Origin: an uncultured Pseudomonadales bacterium
GTDB lineage: Bacteria > Patescibacteriota > Microgenomatia > UBA1400 > Chazhemtobacteraceae
Length of the DNA: 64,000 nt
Direction: 5' to 3'
NCBI GenBank assembly: GCA_964618725.1
Contig: CAZUBK010000002.1
Span: 3,992 to 67,991, forward strand
The notes beneath the pieces are model-generated. The model was not told the origin of the DNA. It ran no database searches and saw nothing but the letters and a program-made list of their open reading frames with translations. Within the stretch, counting starts at the first letter, position 1. Every line of letters begins with the position of its first letter. The position numbers were made by a program, and so were the translations under genes. Positions 1-9,633 of this stretch are shown piece after piece.

Positions 1-1174
1 AAAAATAGTTGACGTGGAGATAGTAGGTGTCATATTGATCAGAAGAGTGTTTGACGCGGACATATTTTAGAGTCCCTCCACCGCACGCTATCGAACCGCG
101 GAAAAGTTTGCCGGGGCGGACGGCCTTGACTTCGTAGTTTTGATTGGCATTGGTCATGTCAATACCAGTATGCTGGTCGTTGGCATAGCGGGACGAGTAG
201 GCAGTATGTCCGTAACCTTGGGTGATGCGAATAGGTTCACTAATTGGCCAGTCCCAGCTGCCACCAAAACCAAAGGAGGGATCGGGTGAGTTATCCCAGA
301 TGACACTAACAGACTTTAGGAAATTAGCAGGATTTTGATGAGTCTTGTTGTCGATAACTTCAAAGTGTAAATGGGCACCAGTAGAACAGGCAGAAGATGA
401 AGGGATGATGGTAGCTATCTTTTGGTTGACAGAAATGTCACCGACTTCGGTTTCAGTTCCTTTACCGGCAATGATGCTTTCGATAGCGGCTAACTCAGCA
501 ACGGCTTTGGAAAGAAGTTCTTGATAGGTTTTTTCGTTATTCTTGGTTTCGGCTAGGAGCCGATTTTTTTGGCTGCTTTGGACCCCCAAGACTTTCTTTT
601 GTGTTTCCAGTTCAGTCTTGAGGCCTAGGATCTCGGTCTGTTTTTGTTCTTTAGTGGCTTTTTGTTTGTCGAAATCAAGTCGAGCGGATTCTAATTCTTT
701 GATGATGATCTGGTCACGACGCTGCGCATTGTTTAAGTATTTGAGTCTGGTCTGAAAGGTTGAGTATGAACCAGACGAGAAGAAGATCAGTAAGGGATTG
801 GTGTCGCGAGTCTTGTAACTTTCTTTGACTCGCGTCACAAATACCTGGACCAATTTGTCTAGTTGTCCATTTAGATCAGTGATTACGGTGGAAAGACTAT
901 TTATCTCAGTTTCCAGTTGAGCGATTTGAGTGGTGGTATTTTGGATTTGGGCTTGAGTGAGGTTTATCTTGCTGGTGATCAGGTTAAGGGCAGCTTTGAG
1001 GGTCTGCTGCTCTTGGCGCAGAGAGTTGATTTTGTTTTGACAACTGTCGATATATTGGCGGAGCTGGCCAGCCTCTTTGGGTGGCTCGCCACTACAGTCG
1101 ACGGCATAAGCACGTGGCGGGGAAAGAAGAATCAGGAAGCGTAATAAAATGATGAATAGAATCTTTTTTGTCAT
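1..1174 (-). CDS. Peptidase M23 family murein hydrolase/activator (EnvC-like); N-terminal coiled-coil plus C-terminal M23 domain; 3' end runs off the window
   Basis: Reverse-strand translation from ATG (complement of 1172-1174) gives MTKKILFIILLRFLILLSPPRAYA (signal peptide), then a long Q/L/K-rich coiled-coil, then ...GAHLHFEV... and ...HTGIDM... consistent with the M23 fold. The start ATG overlaps the ftsX stop (ATGA). Not in the ORF track because there is no in-window stop. Confidence 0.7.
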   Translation of the reverse strand, partial: MTKKILFIILLRFLILLSPPRAYAVDCSGEPPKEAGQLRQYIDSCQNKINSLRQEQQTLKAALNLITSKINLTQAQIQNTTTQIAQLETEINSLSTVITDLNGQLDKLVQVFVTRVKESYKTRDTNPLLIFFSSGSYSTFQTRLKYLNNAQRRDQIIIKELESARLDFDKQKATKEQKQTEILGLKTELETQKKVLGVQSSQKNRLLAETKNNEKTYQELLSKAVAELAAIESIIAGKGTETEVGDISVNQKIATIIPSSSACSTGAHLHFEVIDNKTHQNPANFLKSVSVIWDNSPDPSFGFGGSWDWPISEPIRITQGYGHTAYSSRYANDQHTGIDMTNANQNYEVKAVRPGKLFRGSIACGGGTLKYVRVKHSSDQYDTYYLHVNYF

Positions 1175-2082
1175 CTGGAGCGTAATATACGTCCGACGGC
1201 CAGAGAACCAGAAGCCAGTCCAAGGATAAGGGCAGAGAGAAGCGAGCCGCCAAGGATGTAGAGCATGGTAAGAAAAGAGATGGGAAAATCAATGATGCCG
1301 GAAAGCCGGGGAGCGAGAAAAGGAGTGGCATAGAGGAGGGTAGTGTAAGCGAGCACCCAACCAAAAAAGGCACCAGTAGTGGAGTAAAAGATAGACTCAA
1401 AGAGGTAAGGGGTGGAGATGAAGGAGGCCTTGGCGCCGAGGAGCTTCATGGTTTGGATTTCACTACGGCGGTTTCTGACCTTCATGCTGATAACGATGGC
1501 GATAACGAGAACTGAAGCAATTATCTGAGCAATCATTAAGATTAGACCCCCCGTACGAATACCTTTGGTCCAGGCAGTGAGCTCGGAGACGACATCCTCA
1601 GGAAAATCAATATCTTTCTCTCCCTTGGAGTTGATGTCAATCAGATCTGATTGCTTGAGAATGTCAATAATGGGAGAGAAGTCGTTGGCCTTATTCACTG
1701 AGATCTCAAGACTGGCCGGAAGAATATCAGCAGTAATTGTCGAGAGATCGTTGAGACTACCAAGAAGAAGTGGATCACTATTAACTGATTCCTTATAGAT
1801 GGCGAGGGCCTCCTCTTTAGAGATGAAGCGAATATTTTCGATTTTGCCGGTGGAGATAAGGGTGTCTTGGAGTGACTGAGTGTCCTCTTTGGTGACTGAT
1901 TCATTGAGATAGGCGATGATCTGGGGACGGGTCTCAAAATGCTGCAAAATGACCTGAGAGGCGAGGGCGAGGAGTGAGAAAATACTACCCAAGAAGAAAG
2001 TAACGCTGAGAACGAGAACGGCGGCGAGAGCCTGATAAGGAGCGCGACGGATTTGTTTTTGGGCGGTTTTTAGACTTCTCAT
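1171..2082 (-). CDS. ftsX: Cell division ABC transporter permease FtsX
   Basis: 303 aa. N-terminal cytoplasmic segment, TM, large extracytoplasmic loop, and 3 C-terminal TMs (FtsX topology). Directly downstream of ftsE. Confidence 0.85.
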   Translation of the reverse strand: MRSLKTAQKQIRRAPYQALAAVLVLSVTFFLGSIFSLLALASQVILQHFETRPQIIAYLNESVTKEDTQSLQDTLISTGKIENIRFISKEEALAIYKESVNSDPLLLGSLNDLSTITADILPASLEISVNKANDFSPIIDILKQSDLIDINSKGEKDIDFPEDVVSELTAWTKGIRTGGLILMIAQIIASVLVIAIVISMKVRNRRSEIQTMKLLGAKASFISTPYLFESIFYSTTGAFFGWVLAYTTLLYATPFLAPRLSGIIDFPISFLTMLYILGGSLLSALILGLASGSLAVGRILRSR

Positions 2083-2095
2083 ATTTAGCTATTAT

Positions 2096-2809
2096 TTACT
2101 TTTTCTCCTCTTCTTCCTTGGGTGTAGTGGCATCGTCTTTCGTTGTTTTGAGAGGCTTGTCTTCTAGTTTACCTTCTTTAAGATACAAGCGGTGGGCAAT
2201 GAGGCCACTGATTGCTTCGTGATCATGAGAGGCGAGAATGACGGTGGTACCAAGCTTGTTGATCTCCTGAAGCAGTTTGATAATTTGTTTCGAGGTATCG
2301 ACATCTAGATTACCGGTTGGTTCATCGGCGAGAAGAATAACGGGTTCAGAGGCAATGGCCCGGGCAATCGCGACGCGCTGGAGCTCACCGCCGGAAAGCT
2401 GACGAGGGAAAAGCATGGCTTTGGCGGTCAGACCAGTAAGGTCGAGGAGGTGATCGAGGCGAGTTTTAATGAGATCGTCTTTGAAGTTGAGAATCTCTAG
2501 GGGGAGAGCGAGATTCTCCCAGACGGTTTTGTCGGGGATGATTTTGAAGTCTTGGAAGGCAAAACCTATTTTGCGCCTATAGACGGCGACGGCTGATGGC
2601 TTTATCTTCGCAATATCCTCGCCATCAACGGTAATTGTTCCTTGGCTTGGTTCCAAGTCCTTGTAGATGAGGCGAAAGAGGGTGGTCTTACCCGAGCCTG
2701 AGGGACCTTCAATAATGACAAATTCTTGGGGTTCGATAATGAAAGAAACGCTATCAAGGACTAAGTCTCCGGTGGGGTAAGTTTTACTGACTTGGTCAAA
2801 AATAATCAT
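2096..2809 (-). CDS. ftsE: Cell division ATP-binding protein FtsE
   Basis: Walker [13 protein letters not shown] signature [14 protein letters not shown], Walker [13 protein letters not shown]. 13 nt upstream of ftsX. Confidence 0.9.
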   Translation of the reverse strand: MIIFDQVSKTYPTGDLVLDSVSFIIEPQEFVIIEGPSGSGKTTLFRLIYKDLEPSQGTITVDGEDIAKIKPSAVAVYRRKIGFAFQDFKIIPDKTVWENLALPLEILNFKDDLIKTRLDHLLDLTGLTAKAMLFPRQLSGGELQRVAIARAIASEPVILLADEPTGNLDVDTSKQIIKLLQEINKLGTTVILASHDHEAISGLIAHRLYLKEGKLEDKPLKTTKDDATTPKEEEEKK

Positions 2810-2853
2810 GGGGATTTTGACTTGTAATTACTTATAAAGCCACTACAAAAAAG

Positions 2854-3471
2854 TTATTCAGGCTTGCTGGCATTTAACTCGAGAATCTGGACTCGGCCGA
2901 CATCCATGAGCCAACCGGCTCTTTGGGCGGCAAAGGTTTCGCCCCAAACCTGAACTTTATGGCCCATGAGGGCATCAAGATCGACGACGCTGCTAGTGAG
3001 ATAGACCGTTTGAGATACTCCACCGGGGCGCAAGAGGTGATGGCTGCCTTCACCTTCAATACCGCCTTTTTCGAGAACACCCTCTGCATCATCGGGAAAC
3101 GCACTAGCATCATCGATACCGATAATTTCACCGACTTTGAGTTTGCTTGAGTCGATGTTGGTGGCGATGGATCCAGTTGGTGGCTTACCCGGAAGGAGTT
3201 GATTGAGAAGGTAGCCGGTTCCGATACCAAGAATAACTGTGAGACCAAAAATAATAAGCTTGGGAAAAACGCTTTGGTGAGTGAGTTGTTTGGCTACGTT
3301 AGTGGTAGTCTGTTGTGCAGTAGTTGCTGCTTGAGTAACTGCTTGTCCGGTGGCTTGCGCCGTGGATGAAATCGTACTGATGGGATTAAAATCTCCGGTG
3401 GGGTTGTTAAGTTCGGGCATATTTTGAGTGTAACATAAGAGCTTGTTCTTTTCGCAAGAGTAATTAGACAT
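2854..3471 (-). CDS. Hypothetical membrane-anchored protein (Thr/Gln-rich N-terminus, single TM)
   Basis: ORF with TM segment LIIFGLTVILGIGTGYLL. No recognisable domain. True start may be the internal Met (MPELNN...). Confidence 0.4.
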   Translation of the reverse strand: MSNYSCEKNKLLCYTQNMPELNNPTGDFNPISTISSTAQATGQAVTQAATTAQQTTTNVAKQLTHQSVFPKLIIFGLTVILGIGTGYLLNQLLPGKPPTGSIATNIDSSKLKVGEIIGIDDASAFPDDAEGVLEKGGIEGEGSHHLLRPGGVSQTVYLTSSVVDLDALMGHKVQVWGETFAAQRAGWLMDVGRVQILELNASKPE

Positions 3472-3478
3472 GAAGCAA

Positions 3479-4564
3479 TTAAGACAGTTGTCTTAGCTCT
3501 GCTTCTAAGAATTCGTCTAGATCTCCATCAAGGACAGAGTCGGGGTCGGTGGACTCAACATCAGTCCGGTTGTCTTTGACTAGTTTGTAGGGATGCAGTA
3601 CATAGGACCGGATCTGGTTACCGAAGCCGGCGATTTTGTATTCACCTTTGATATCGGAGAGTTCTTGTTTTTGTTTCTTTTCTTCAATTTCCCAGAGTTT
3701 GGCTTTGAGAATCTGGAGGGCTTGACGACGATTCTGCTCTTGGTACCGCTCGGTGCGGCATTCGACAATAATACCAGTTGGTTTGTGAACAAGCCTCACG
3801 GCGGTGGCGACTTTATTGACGTTTTGTCCCCCCGGTCCCCCGGCGCGAGAAAAAGACCACTCGAGATCATCTTCTTTGATATCAATATCGATTTCTTCTT
3901 CGACGACGGGAGCGACTTCGATATTGGCAAATGAAGTTTGGCGAAGTTTGTCGGCATTAAAGGGACTTTGGCGGACGAGGCGGTGAGCACCGACTTCGTG
4001 TTTGAGATATCCATAAGCATAAGGAGCGGTGATGGTGATGGTAGCAGACTTGAGTCCGGCTTCTTCGCCGGGAGATTCATCAACCAACCCCCACTTCCAA
4101 CCCTTACGTTCACAATAGCGGGTATACATACGAAGGAGCATAGCGGCCCAATCCATGGCTTCGGTACCACCTTGCCCTGAATGGACGGAGAGGATGGCAC
4201 TGCTTTTATCGAATTTACCGGAGAGATAGACTTGGAGTTCAAGTTTCTTTAGTTTGGCTTCGAGTTGACGAGTCAATTGCTCGAGATCTTGGGTTAGGCT
4301 TTCGTCTTCAGCCTTTATTTGAAGCTGTGTAAGTTCAGTTATCGTTTGATAGTCATGGTCAAGATCATGAAAGGTTTGAATCGTGTCTTGAATATGGGTG
4401 AGTTCCTGCAAGATGCTACGAGCATTGACTTCATCTTGCCAGAGGCCTGGGTCAGAGGACTTACCTTGGAGCGTCTCTAGTTTATTTTGGAGATTCTTAA
4501 TATCAAGTTTAGCTTTAAGTCCGGTTATTTTCGCTTGTAGATCAGGAAGATCTGTTATCGCCAT
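3479..4564 (-). CDS. prfB: Peptide chain release factor 2
   Basis: GGQ motif ([14 protein letters not shown]) and the RF2-specific SPF tripeptide (RQSPFNADK). Single uninterrupted 361-aa frame, so no programmed +1 frameshift site. Confidence 0.9.
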   Translation of the reverse strand: MAITDLPDLQAKITGLKAKLDIKNLQNKLETLQGKSSDPGLWQDEVNARSILQELTHIQDTIQTFHDLDHDYQTITELTQLQIKAEDESLTQDLEQLTRQLEAKLKKLELQVYLSGKFDKSSAILSVHSGQGGTEAMDWAAMLLRMYTRYCERKGWKWGLVDESPGEEAGLKSATITITAPYAYGYLKHEVGAHRLVRQSPFNADKLRQTSFANIEVAPVVEEEIDIDIKEDDLEWSFSRAGGPGGQNVNKVATAVRLVHKPTGIIVECRTERYQEQNRRQALQILKAKLWEIEEKKQKQELSDIKGEYKIAGFGNQIRSYVLHPYKLVKDNRTDVESTDPDSVLDGDLDEFLEAELRQLS

Positions 4565-4570
4565 GCTGAG

Positions 4571-4647
4571 ATTATATACCCAAGTAATTTGAGTTTATAT
4601 TCCTTAACAGGATCTTCGACTTGATATGTTGGGACATATACCCAAAT
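4571..4647 (-). repeat. Copy A of a dispersed inverted-repeat element (ATAT[A/G]CCCAAGTAATT...GATATGTTGGG[A]CATATA) in the prfB leader; contains a 21-codon uORF (4572..4637) ending 7 nt before the prfB ATG
   Basis: Near-identical halves to the element at 21772-21822: GGATATATG(T)CCCAACATATCA and AAACTC(A/T)AATTACTTGGG(T/C)ATAT on the minus strand. uORF encodes [21 protein letters not shown]. Confidence 0.5.
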
Positions 4648-4695
4648 CTTTATTTTGAGAAATGTAAATTGGAATTCTTTGGGTATAGCGAGAGA

Positions 4696-5457
4696 TCAGG
4701 AATCAATCACTGGTGGCTCTTTTTCTTCTATATCCTTTCTAGATGGTAAAACCCAGCCCACCTTTTGATATGCTCTTCTAACTATTCTTTGGGCACGCTG
4801 ATGGGAATGGAAATCTGATTCTTCTACCTCTAGATGTTCATTCCATTTAAGGAGACGATATTTGAACAAAGTATTAGTTAAGATGGCGGCAACCGCATAT
4901 TCGGTAGCATGGGAGTCCATTTCTGCATCTCGACCAACTTTGGAAATACTTGAGACTATTTTATCATCGTCATTTATTTGCAACGTTGATACGTTCCCTT
5001 TCTTGGTAGCGGTTCTGATTAGTTCTAAAATAACTTCGGGCGGATCGGTGCGGATATTGATTTCGTCAAAATTTACATTGCCTTTGGTATAGGTAGTGAT
5101 GATTTTTTTGAGGATTCTAAGATGCATTTCATCGAGAATCTCTCTTTTGTCACTAGTTTCAAGTCCTGAATCGGTTCTGATTAATTTAGATTTGAAGTAC
5201 TCCAGCTCTTCTGGAGAGAGATCGATAGAAGTTATTTTCACTTCGTCAGGAGTCAGAACTTCTTTGTCCTTAAACTTCAGATGGTAACCAATTTCGTGCC
5301 CAATCTCATGGGCCGCAACTGTAAGCAGAGAAAAAGTAGGTAAAGGAGGCAAGACTATTTCGCTTTTACCAGTGTTCCTATCACGGGCATGATATGCAAA
5401 GAAGGAATCTTGAGCATCTTCGTCTAAGGTTTCAGATGTTGTTTGTTCTTCGAGCAT
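4696..5457 (-). CDS. Putative HExxH zinc metallopeptidase (ImmA/IrrE/M78-like motif HEIGHEIGYH)
   Basis: AAHEIGHEIGYH motif. Start ATG overlaps the stop of the upstream 137-aa ORF (ATGA at 5457). Confidence 0.45.
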   Translation of the reverse strand: MLEEQTTSETLDEDAQDSFFAYHARDRNTGKSEIVLPPLPTFSLLTVAAHEIGHEIGYHLKFKDKEVLTPDEVKITSIDLSPEELEYFKSKLIRTDSGLETSDKREILDEMHLRILKKIITTYTKGNVNFDEINIRTDPPEVILELIRTATKKGNVSTLQINDDDKIVSSISKVGRDAEMDSHATEYAVAAILTNTLFKYRLLKWNEHLEVEESDFHSHQRAQRIVRRAYQKVGWVLPSRKDIEEKEPPVIDS

Positions 5458-5870
5458 TATTTTTCTAAGTCACTGATTATCTGATCACAAGTAGTCCGGA
5501 GGATCTTCGCGGCTTCTTTCTTGGGAAGATTCTGTAACTCCTGGGAGACAGAAGAGATTGTGTTATCAATAGCCGTTTTGGCATCTTGGGTGATTTGGTC
5601 AGTTGAGACACCTTTGACTTGGGCGGTGGTTGAGATCTCAATAATGGATTGGGGTTGGGTTAGTTTGTCGGTAGCTTTACTAAGGATGGGATTCTTAGCG
5701 GCAAGGTTGGCGAGAGAATCGGTTTGGGAGATAAAAATATTGGCGGCATTTTGGGCGGGAGCCGGGAGATTTTGAGGACGAGCGACATAAATGTAACCGA
5801 TTCCGGCAATACTACTAAAGAGGAGAAGACGAGTAAGGATAGGGAAGAGTTGTTGCATGAGTACATCCAA
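5457..5870 (-). CDS. Hypothetical N-terminally anchored/secreted protein, translationally coupled to the HExxH protein
   Basis: N-terminal hydrophobic segment LLLFSSIAGIGYIYV, then a polar T/Q-rich domain. Confidence 0.4.
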   Translation of the reverse strand: MDVLMQQLFPILTRLLLFSSIAGIGYIYVARPQNLPAPAQNAANIFISQTDSLANLAAKNPILSKATDKLTQPQSIIEISTTAQVKGVSTDQITQDAKTAIDNTISSVSQELQNLPKKEAAKILRTTCDQIISDLEK

Positions 5871-5920
5871 TATATACGAGCGTCAGTGAGTATGACAAGG
5901 AGCACGATTAAGACTATAAT

Positions 5921-6946
5921 GTGTCCGTGCCTGAAGATATAAAAAAAGAAAAGAGAAGCAATACTCGTTTTTGGTGGGTAGGTCTGATACTGCTGTTGGT
6001 GGGAGGATTAGTTGGGTGGAGAGTATGGACGACTCAACCAAAAGCGACAGAGAGAGCGACGATTAAAAGAGGAGAGGTGAAAGAAGTCCTAGTTCTGTCG
6101 GGTGAGATTAATGCAGTCGAATACGCAAACCTAGTCTTTAATTCTAGTGGAGAAATCACCTGGATGGGAGTAAAGGAAGGGGATCGGGTAAAGAAGGGAC
6201 AAGCTTTGGCTAAATTGGATACGATAACGCTCAACACAACATATCAACGAGCAAGGGCAGATCTTCGGAATGCAGAGGCAACCTTAGCACGAGTCTATGA
6301 CGAAGTTAAAAACCATAGTAAAGATGAGACGTTTGAACAAAAAGAGGATAGAACAACGGCAGAAGTCGCTAAGGATAAAGCTTATGAAGCGGTAATTGCG
6401 GCAGAAAAGAATCTTAGGAATGCGACAATCCAGGCGCCATTTGAGGGTGTAGTGAGTAGCATTACTAACCCGTTTACAGGGGTGAATGTGATACAAACAC
6501 AGAGTCAAATAGAGCTGATAAATCCAGAGACTATGTACTTTGAGGTGTTAGCAGACCAGACTGAGGTATCGTTATTGAAGCTGAGTCAGGAAGTGGAGAT
6601 AGCGCTTGATGCTTTGGAAGACAGTGTCTATCGGGGGGTCATTAAGGAGATTAGCTACACACCAAAAAGTGGAGAGACGGGGACAGTGTATGCAGTTGAA
6701 ATCGCTTTTGATCAAACTGATCTAGAGAAATTCAGAATGGGCTTGACTGGAGATGCCAGTTTTGTGACAGATCAGAAGACTGACGTACTGTATGTATCAA
6801 GAAGATTTTTGAACTCAGACAAAAAAGGTAAATTCTTAAAAGTAGGAAATGAGAAAAATAAGACCTATGTAGAAATCGGACTTGAAGGAGATGAAGTGGT
6901 TGAAGTGAAAGGAGAGTTTAAGGAAGGAGAGACTATTTATGATTGA
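5921..6946 (+). CDS. Efflux ABC periplasmic adaptor / membrane-fusion protein (HlyD/MacA family)
   Basis: N-terminal TM, coiled-coil hairpin (RARADLRNAEATLARVYDEV...), beta-barrel region. Overlaps the downstream ABC ATPase by 8 nt. Confidence 0.75.
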   Translation: MSVPEDIKKEKRSNTRFWWVGLILLLVGGLVGWRVWTTQPKATERATIKRGEVKEVLVLSGEINAVEYANLVFNSSGEITWMGVKEGDRVKKGQALAKLDTITLNTTYQRARADLRNAEATLARVYDEVKNHSKDETFEQKEDRTTAEVAKDKAYEAVIAAEKNLRNATIQAPFEGVVSSITNPFTGVNVIQTQSQIELINPETMYFEVLADQTEVSLLKLSQEVEIALDALEDSVYRGVIKEISYTPKSGETGTVYAVEIAFDQTDLEKFRMGLTGDASFVTDQKTDVLYVSRRFLNSDKKGKFLKVGNEKNKTYVEIGLEGDEVVEVKGEFKEGETIYD

Positions 6947-7607
6947 ACTTAGGAACGTAAGTAAACGATATTTCCTTGGAGATGAGGAGGTAAAGGCTGT
7001 CGCTGATATCAATTTCAAGATAAAGGAGGGTGAATACGTCAGTTTGCTTGGACCATCGGGATGTGGTAAATCGACCTTAATGTATTTGATGGGACTATTA
7101 GAGATTCCGAGTACTGGCCAGATCTTGATTGACGGAAAGGATGTATCAAAATTGTCAGATGATGAGTTGTCTTTGGTAAGAAATAGGAAAGTTGGGTTTG
7201 TCTTCCAGTCCTTTAACTTGATAAATAAGTTTACTGTCTGGGAAAACATCATGATGCCGACAAAATATGTCAAACAGGAGATTGATTTTGATCCAGAAAG
7301 AAGAGCAGAAGAACTATTGAGGCGATTTGGGATCTGGGAGAGGAGGAACTTTTTCCCCAACAAGATCTCTGGAGGACAACAGCAAAGGGTGGCGATTGCC
7401 AGAGCATTAATAATGAAGCCTGTCCTTATCTTGGCAGATGAGCCGACGGGGAACTTAGATACGAAGGTAGGGGACGAGATCATGAAGCTACTCGAGGAAC
7501 TAAATGATGAGCTAAAAGTAACAATAGTCTTAGTGACCCATGAACCGGATATTGCGAGGAGAACTAAAAGGCAAATATTAATGAAGGACGGACAGATATT
7601 GAAATGA
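6939..7607 (+). CDS. ABC transporter ATP-binding protein (MacB/LolD-type)
   Basis: Walker A GPSGCGKST, signature [15 protein letters not shown], Walker [12 protein letters not shown]. Confidence 0.85.
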   Translation: MIELRNVSKRYFLGDEEVKAVADINFKIKEGEYVSLLGPSGCGKSTLMYLMGLLEIPSTGQILIDGKDVSKLSDDELSLVRNRKVGFVFQSFNLINKFTVWENIMMPTKYVKQEIDFDPERRAEELLRRFGIWERRNFFPNKISGGQQQRVAIARALIMKPVLILADEPTGNLDTKVGDEIMKLLEELNDELKVTIVLVTHEPDIARRTKRQILMKDGQILK

Positions 7608-8806
7608 AGCTAAAAAACGGAACCTACCATCTATTAGCATCAGCAATCTCAGACTTCAAGAGAAATAAAGTGAGGACTTTTCTGACGTCTTTGGGAATAA
7701 TGATCGGAGTAATGTCAGTAGTGATGTTGATTGCTTTGGGTTTGGGATTGAAAAACTACATTCAGGGACAGTTCGAGGGCCTTGGAGCAAATCTCATTCT
7801 GATTTTACCTGGGAGTGGATTTGGTGGCCAGGGTGGATTCGGGGCGGGTCTAGTGGGTGGAGCCGAGTTTGATGAACGCGACGTTAGAGATCTAAGAAGA
7901 ATTGAGGAACTAAAATATATTGTTCCAGTTGTTTTTAAGTCGACGGCGGTAAAGACGGAAGATGAAGAAGAATTTGGCTACATAATGGGGGTCAATGAGG
8001 ACTTCTTCGATCTAATGAATCTAGAAAGTTTGTCTGGAGAAAGGTTTGGGGTGAGTGAGATCCAGAAAAAATCAAAGGTGGCAGTATTGGGCTATAACCT
8101 TGCAGAGAAATTGTTTGGAGATACAGGAGCGGCGGTTGGAGAAAATGTAAAAATTGAGAATATCAGGTATCAGGTAATCGGAGTAGCCAAGAAGACGGGG
8201 GACAGAGAGACAGATGGAGCAGCTGTGGTTCCGTACACCTCGACTTTTGGAAGTCTAAATCCAAAAAAGACGTTTTGGGCAATTTATGTAGGCGTGATGG
8301 ATGAAACCGATGTCGAACTAGGAAAGATGAAAATAGAGGAGACATTGTTAAGACGCTACGATGAGGAGGATTTTTCGGTAACGGAACAGGCAGAGATACT
8401 CTCGACAGTGAATCAGATCTTTGAGATCATAAACTTGGTTTTGGTCGCGATTGGCTCAATCTCACTACTAGTGGGAGGGATTGGAATCATGAATATCATG
8501 TATGCAACGGTGACGGAAAGAACCAAGGAGGTGGGAATCAGGCGAGCGATCGGAGCAACCAAAAAAGACGTTCTGTCTCAGTTCTTAGTTGAGTCGGTGG
8601 CGTTATCGGTGATTGGGGGAGCAATGGGATTAATACTGGCGAGTGTTATAGTTTTGGTCGTACGGATTTGGTTTCCAGTGGCGCTTAATTTACTGGCTGT
8701 CTTGATCGCATTTGGCGTATCATCGGCAATCGGGGTATTCTTTGGCGTTTTCCCTGCGCGACGGGCAGCCAATTTGCCGCCGATTGAAGCGATTAGATAC
8801 GAGTAA
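7604..8806 (+). CDS. ABC transporter permease (MacB/FtsX-like, 4 TM with large extracytoplasmic domain)
   Basis: 400 aa with FtsX-like C-terminal TM bundle. 4-nt overlap with the ATPase gene. Confidence 0.85.
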   Translation: MKLKNGTYHLLASAISDFKRNKVRTFLTSLGIMIGVMSVVMLIALGLGLKNYIQGQFEGLGANLILILPGSGFGGQGGFGAGLVGGAEFDERDVRDLRRIEELKYIVPVVFKSTAVKTEDEEEFGYIMGVNEDFFDLMNLESLSGERFGVSEIQKKSKVAVLGYNLAEKLFGDTGAAVGENVKIENIRYQVIGVAKKTGDRETDGAAVVPYTSTFGSLNPKKTFWAIYVGVMDETDVELGKMKIEETLLRRYDEEDFSVTEQAEILSTVNQIFEIINLVLVAIGSISLLVGGIGIMNIMYATVTERTKEVGIRRAIGATKKDVLSQFLVESVALSVIGGAMGLILASVIVLVVRIWFPVALNLLAVLIAFGVSSAIGVFFGVFPARRAANLPPIEAIRYE

Positions 8807-9632
8807 TCTCTTTGGCGATATTTATATTCTTAGTATTGGGACCCTGCTTGTTATCACCGGGTACTTCGAGAATGAGGGGAAGATGAAACAACTTGGAATG
8901 AGTAGCAAAGTATTTGAGTCCAGATAGACCGATTTCTCCCTCGCCTAAGTTGGCGTGTTGATCATGTTTACTATTGAGTTTGGTTTTAGAATCGTTGAGA
9001 TGAAGGCAGGCTATTTGGGGAAGGATACTTCTTTTGTCTAGTTCTTCAATCAAGCGATCGGTTTCCTTGATATTTCTGAGGTCCCAACCAGATTCAAAGA
9101 GATGGGCGGTATCGAGGCAGACTTTTACCCGGGGATTGTTGAGACATTTAAGAAGACTCTCGATTTCCTCTAAAGTACCGATTTTGCCATTTTGGCCGGC
9201 AGAATTTTCGATGATGAAGCGGACATCTCTTGTTTGGTCTAGAAGACGAGTAATATTTTGATACACTTGGGACTCGCAGGCAGGATATCCTCGACCTTGG
9301 TGGGAACCCAGATGGGCGATGACGCCGGCACTCTTGATGGCATCCCCATTCTTCATATCCATCAGCAAAGAATCAAAAGACTTCTTGAGGAGATCCTGAT
9401 TGTCAGAACCTAAGTTGACGAGATAGAGGGCGTGGATAAAGACGGGACGGAGATCGAGCTGGTCGGCGAGAAGATTGAACTGATTGACTTGTGACTGAGA
9501 ATATGGAGCTCTCGCCCACATACGGGGGGAACCAGCAAAGATCTGGATGCAATTGCCGCCAATGGCTTGGATATTCTTGATGGCGGTGATTGGACCACCG
9601 GCCGAAGAGACATGAGCACCAATCTTACGCAT
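8793..9632 (-). CDS. nfo: Endonuclease IV (AP endonuclease family 2)
   Basis: Xylose-isomerase-like TIM barrel; metal ligand motifs match the Nfo family. Confidence 0.85.
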   Translation of the reverse strand: MRKIGAHVSSAGGPITAIKNIQAIGGNCIQIFAGSPRMWARAPYSQSQVNQFNLLADQLDLRPVFIHALYLVNLGSDNQDLLKKSFDSLLMDMKNGDAIKSAGVIAHLGSHQGRGYPACESQVYQNITRLLDQTRDVRFIIENSAGQNGKIGTLEEIESLLKCLNNPRVKVCLDTAHLFESGWDLRNIKETDRLIEELDKRSILPQIACLHLNDSKTKLNSKHDQHANLGEGEIGLSGLKYFATHSKLFHLPLILEVPGDNKQGPNTKNINIAKEITRI

Positions 9633-9633
9633 G

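Noticed and set aside
1092-1400. 102-aa minus-strand ORF from the six-frame track
   Set aside because: Lies in an alternative frame across the ftsX / M23-peptidase junction, where two well-supported genes already account for the DNA; low-complexity S/L/P translation.
3479-4564. Looked for the canonical prfB programmed +1 frameshift site (CUU UGA C after ~25 codons)
   Set aside because: The ORF is continuous from its ATG; no in-frame UGA or split frames.
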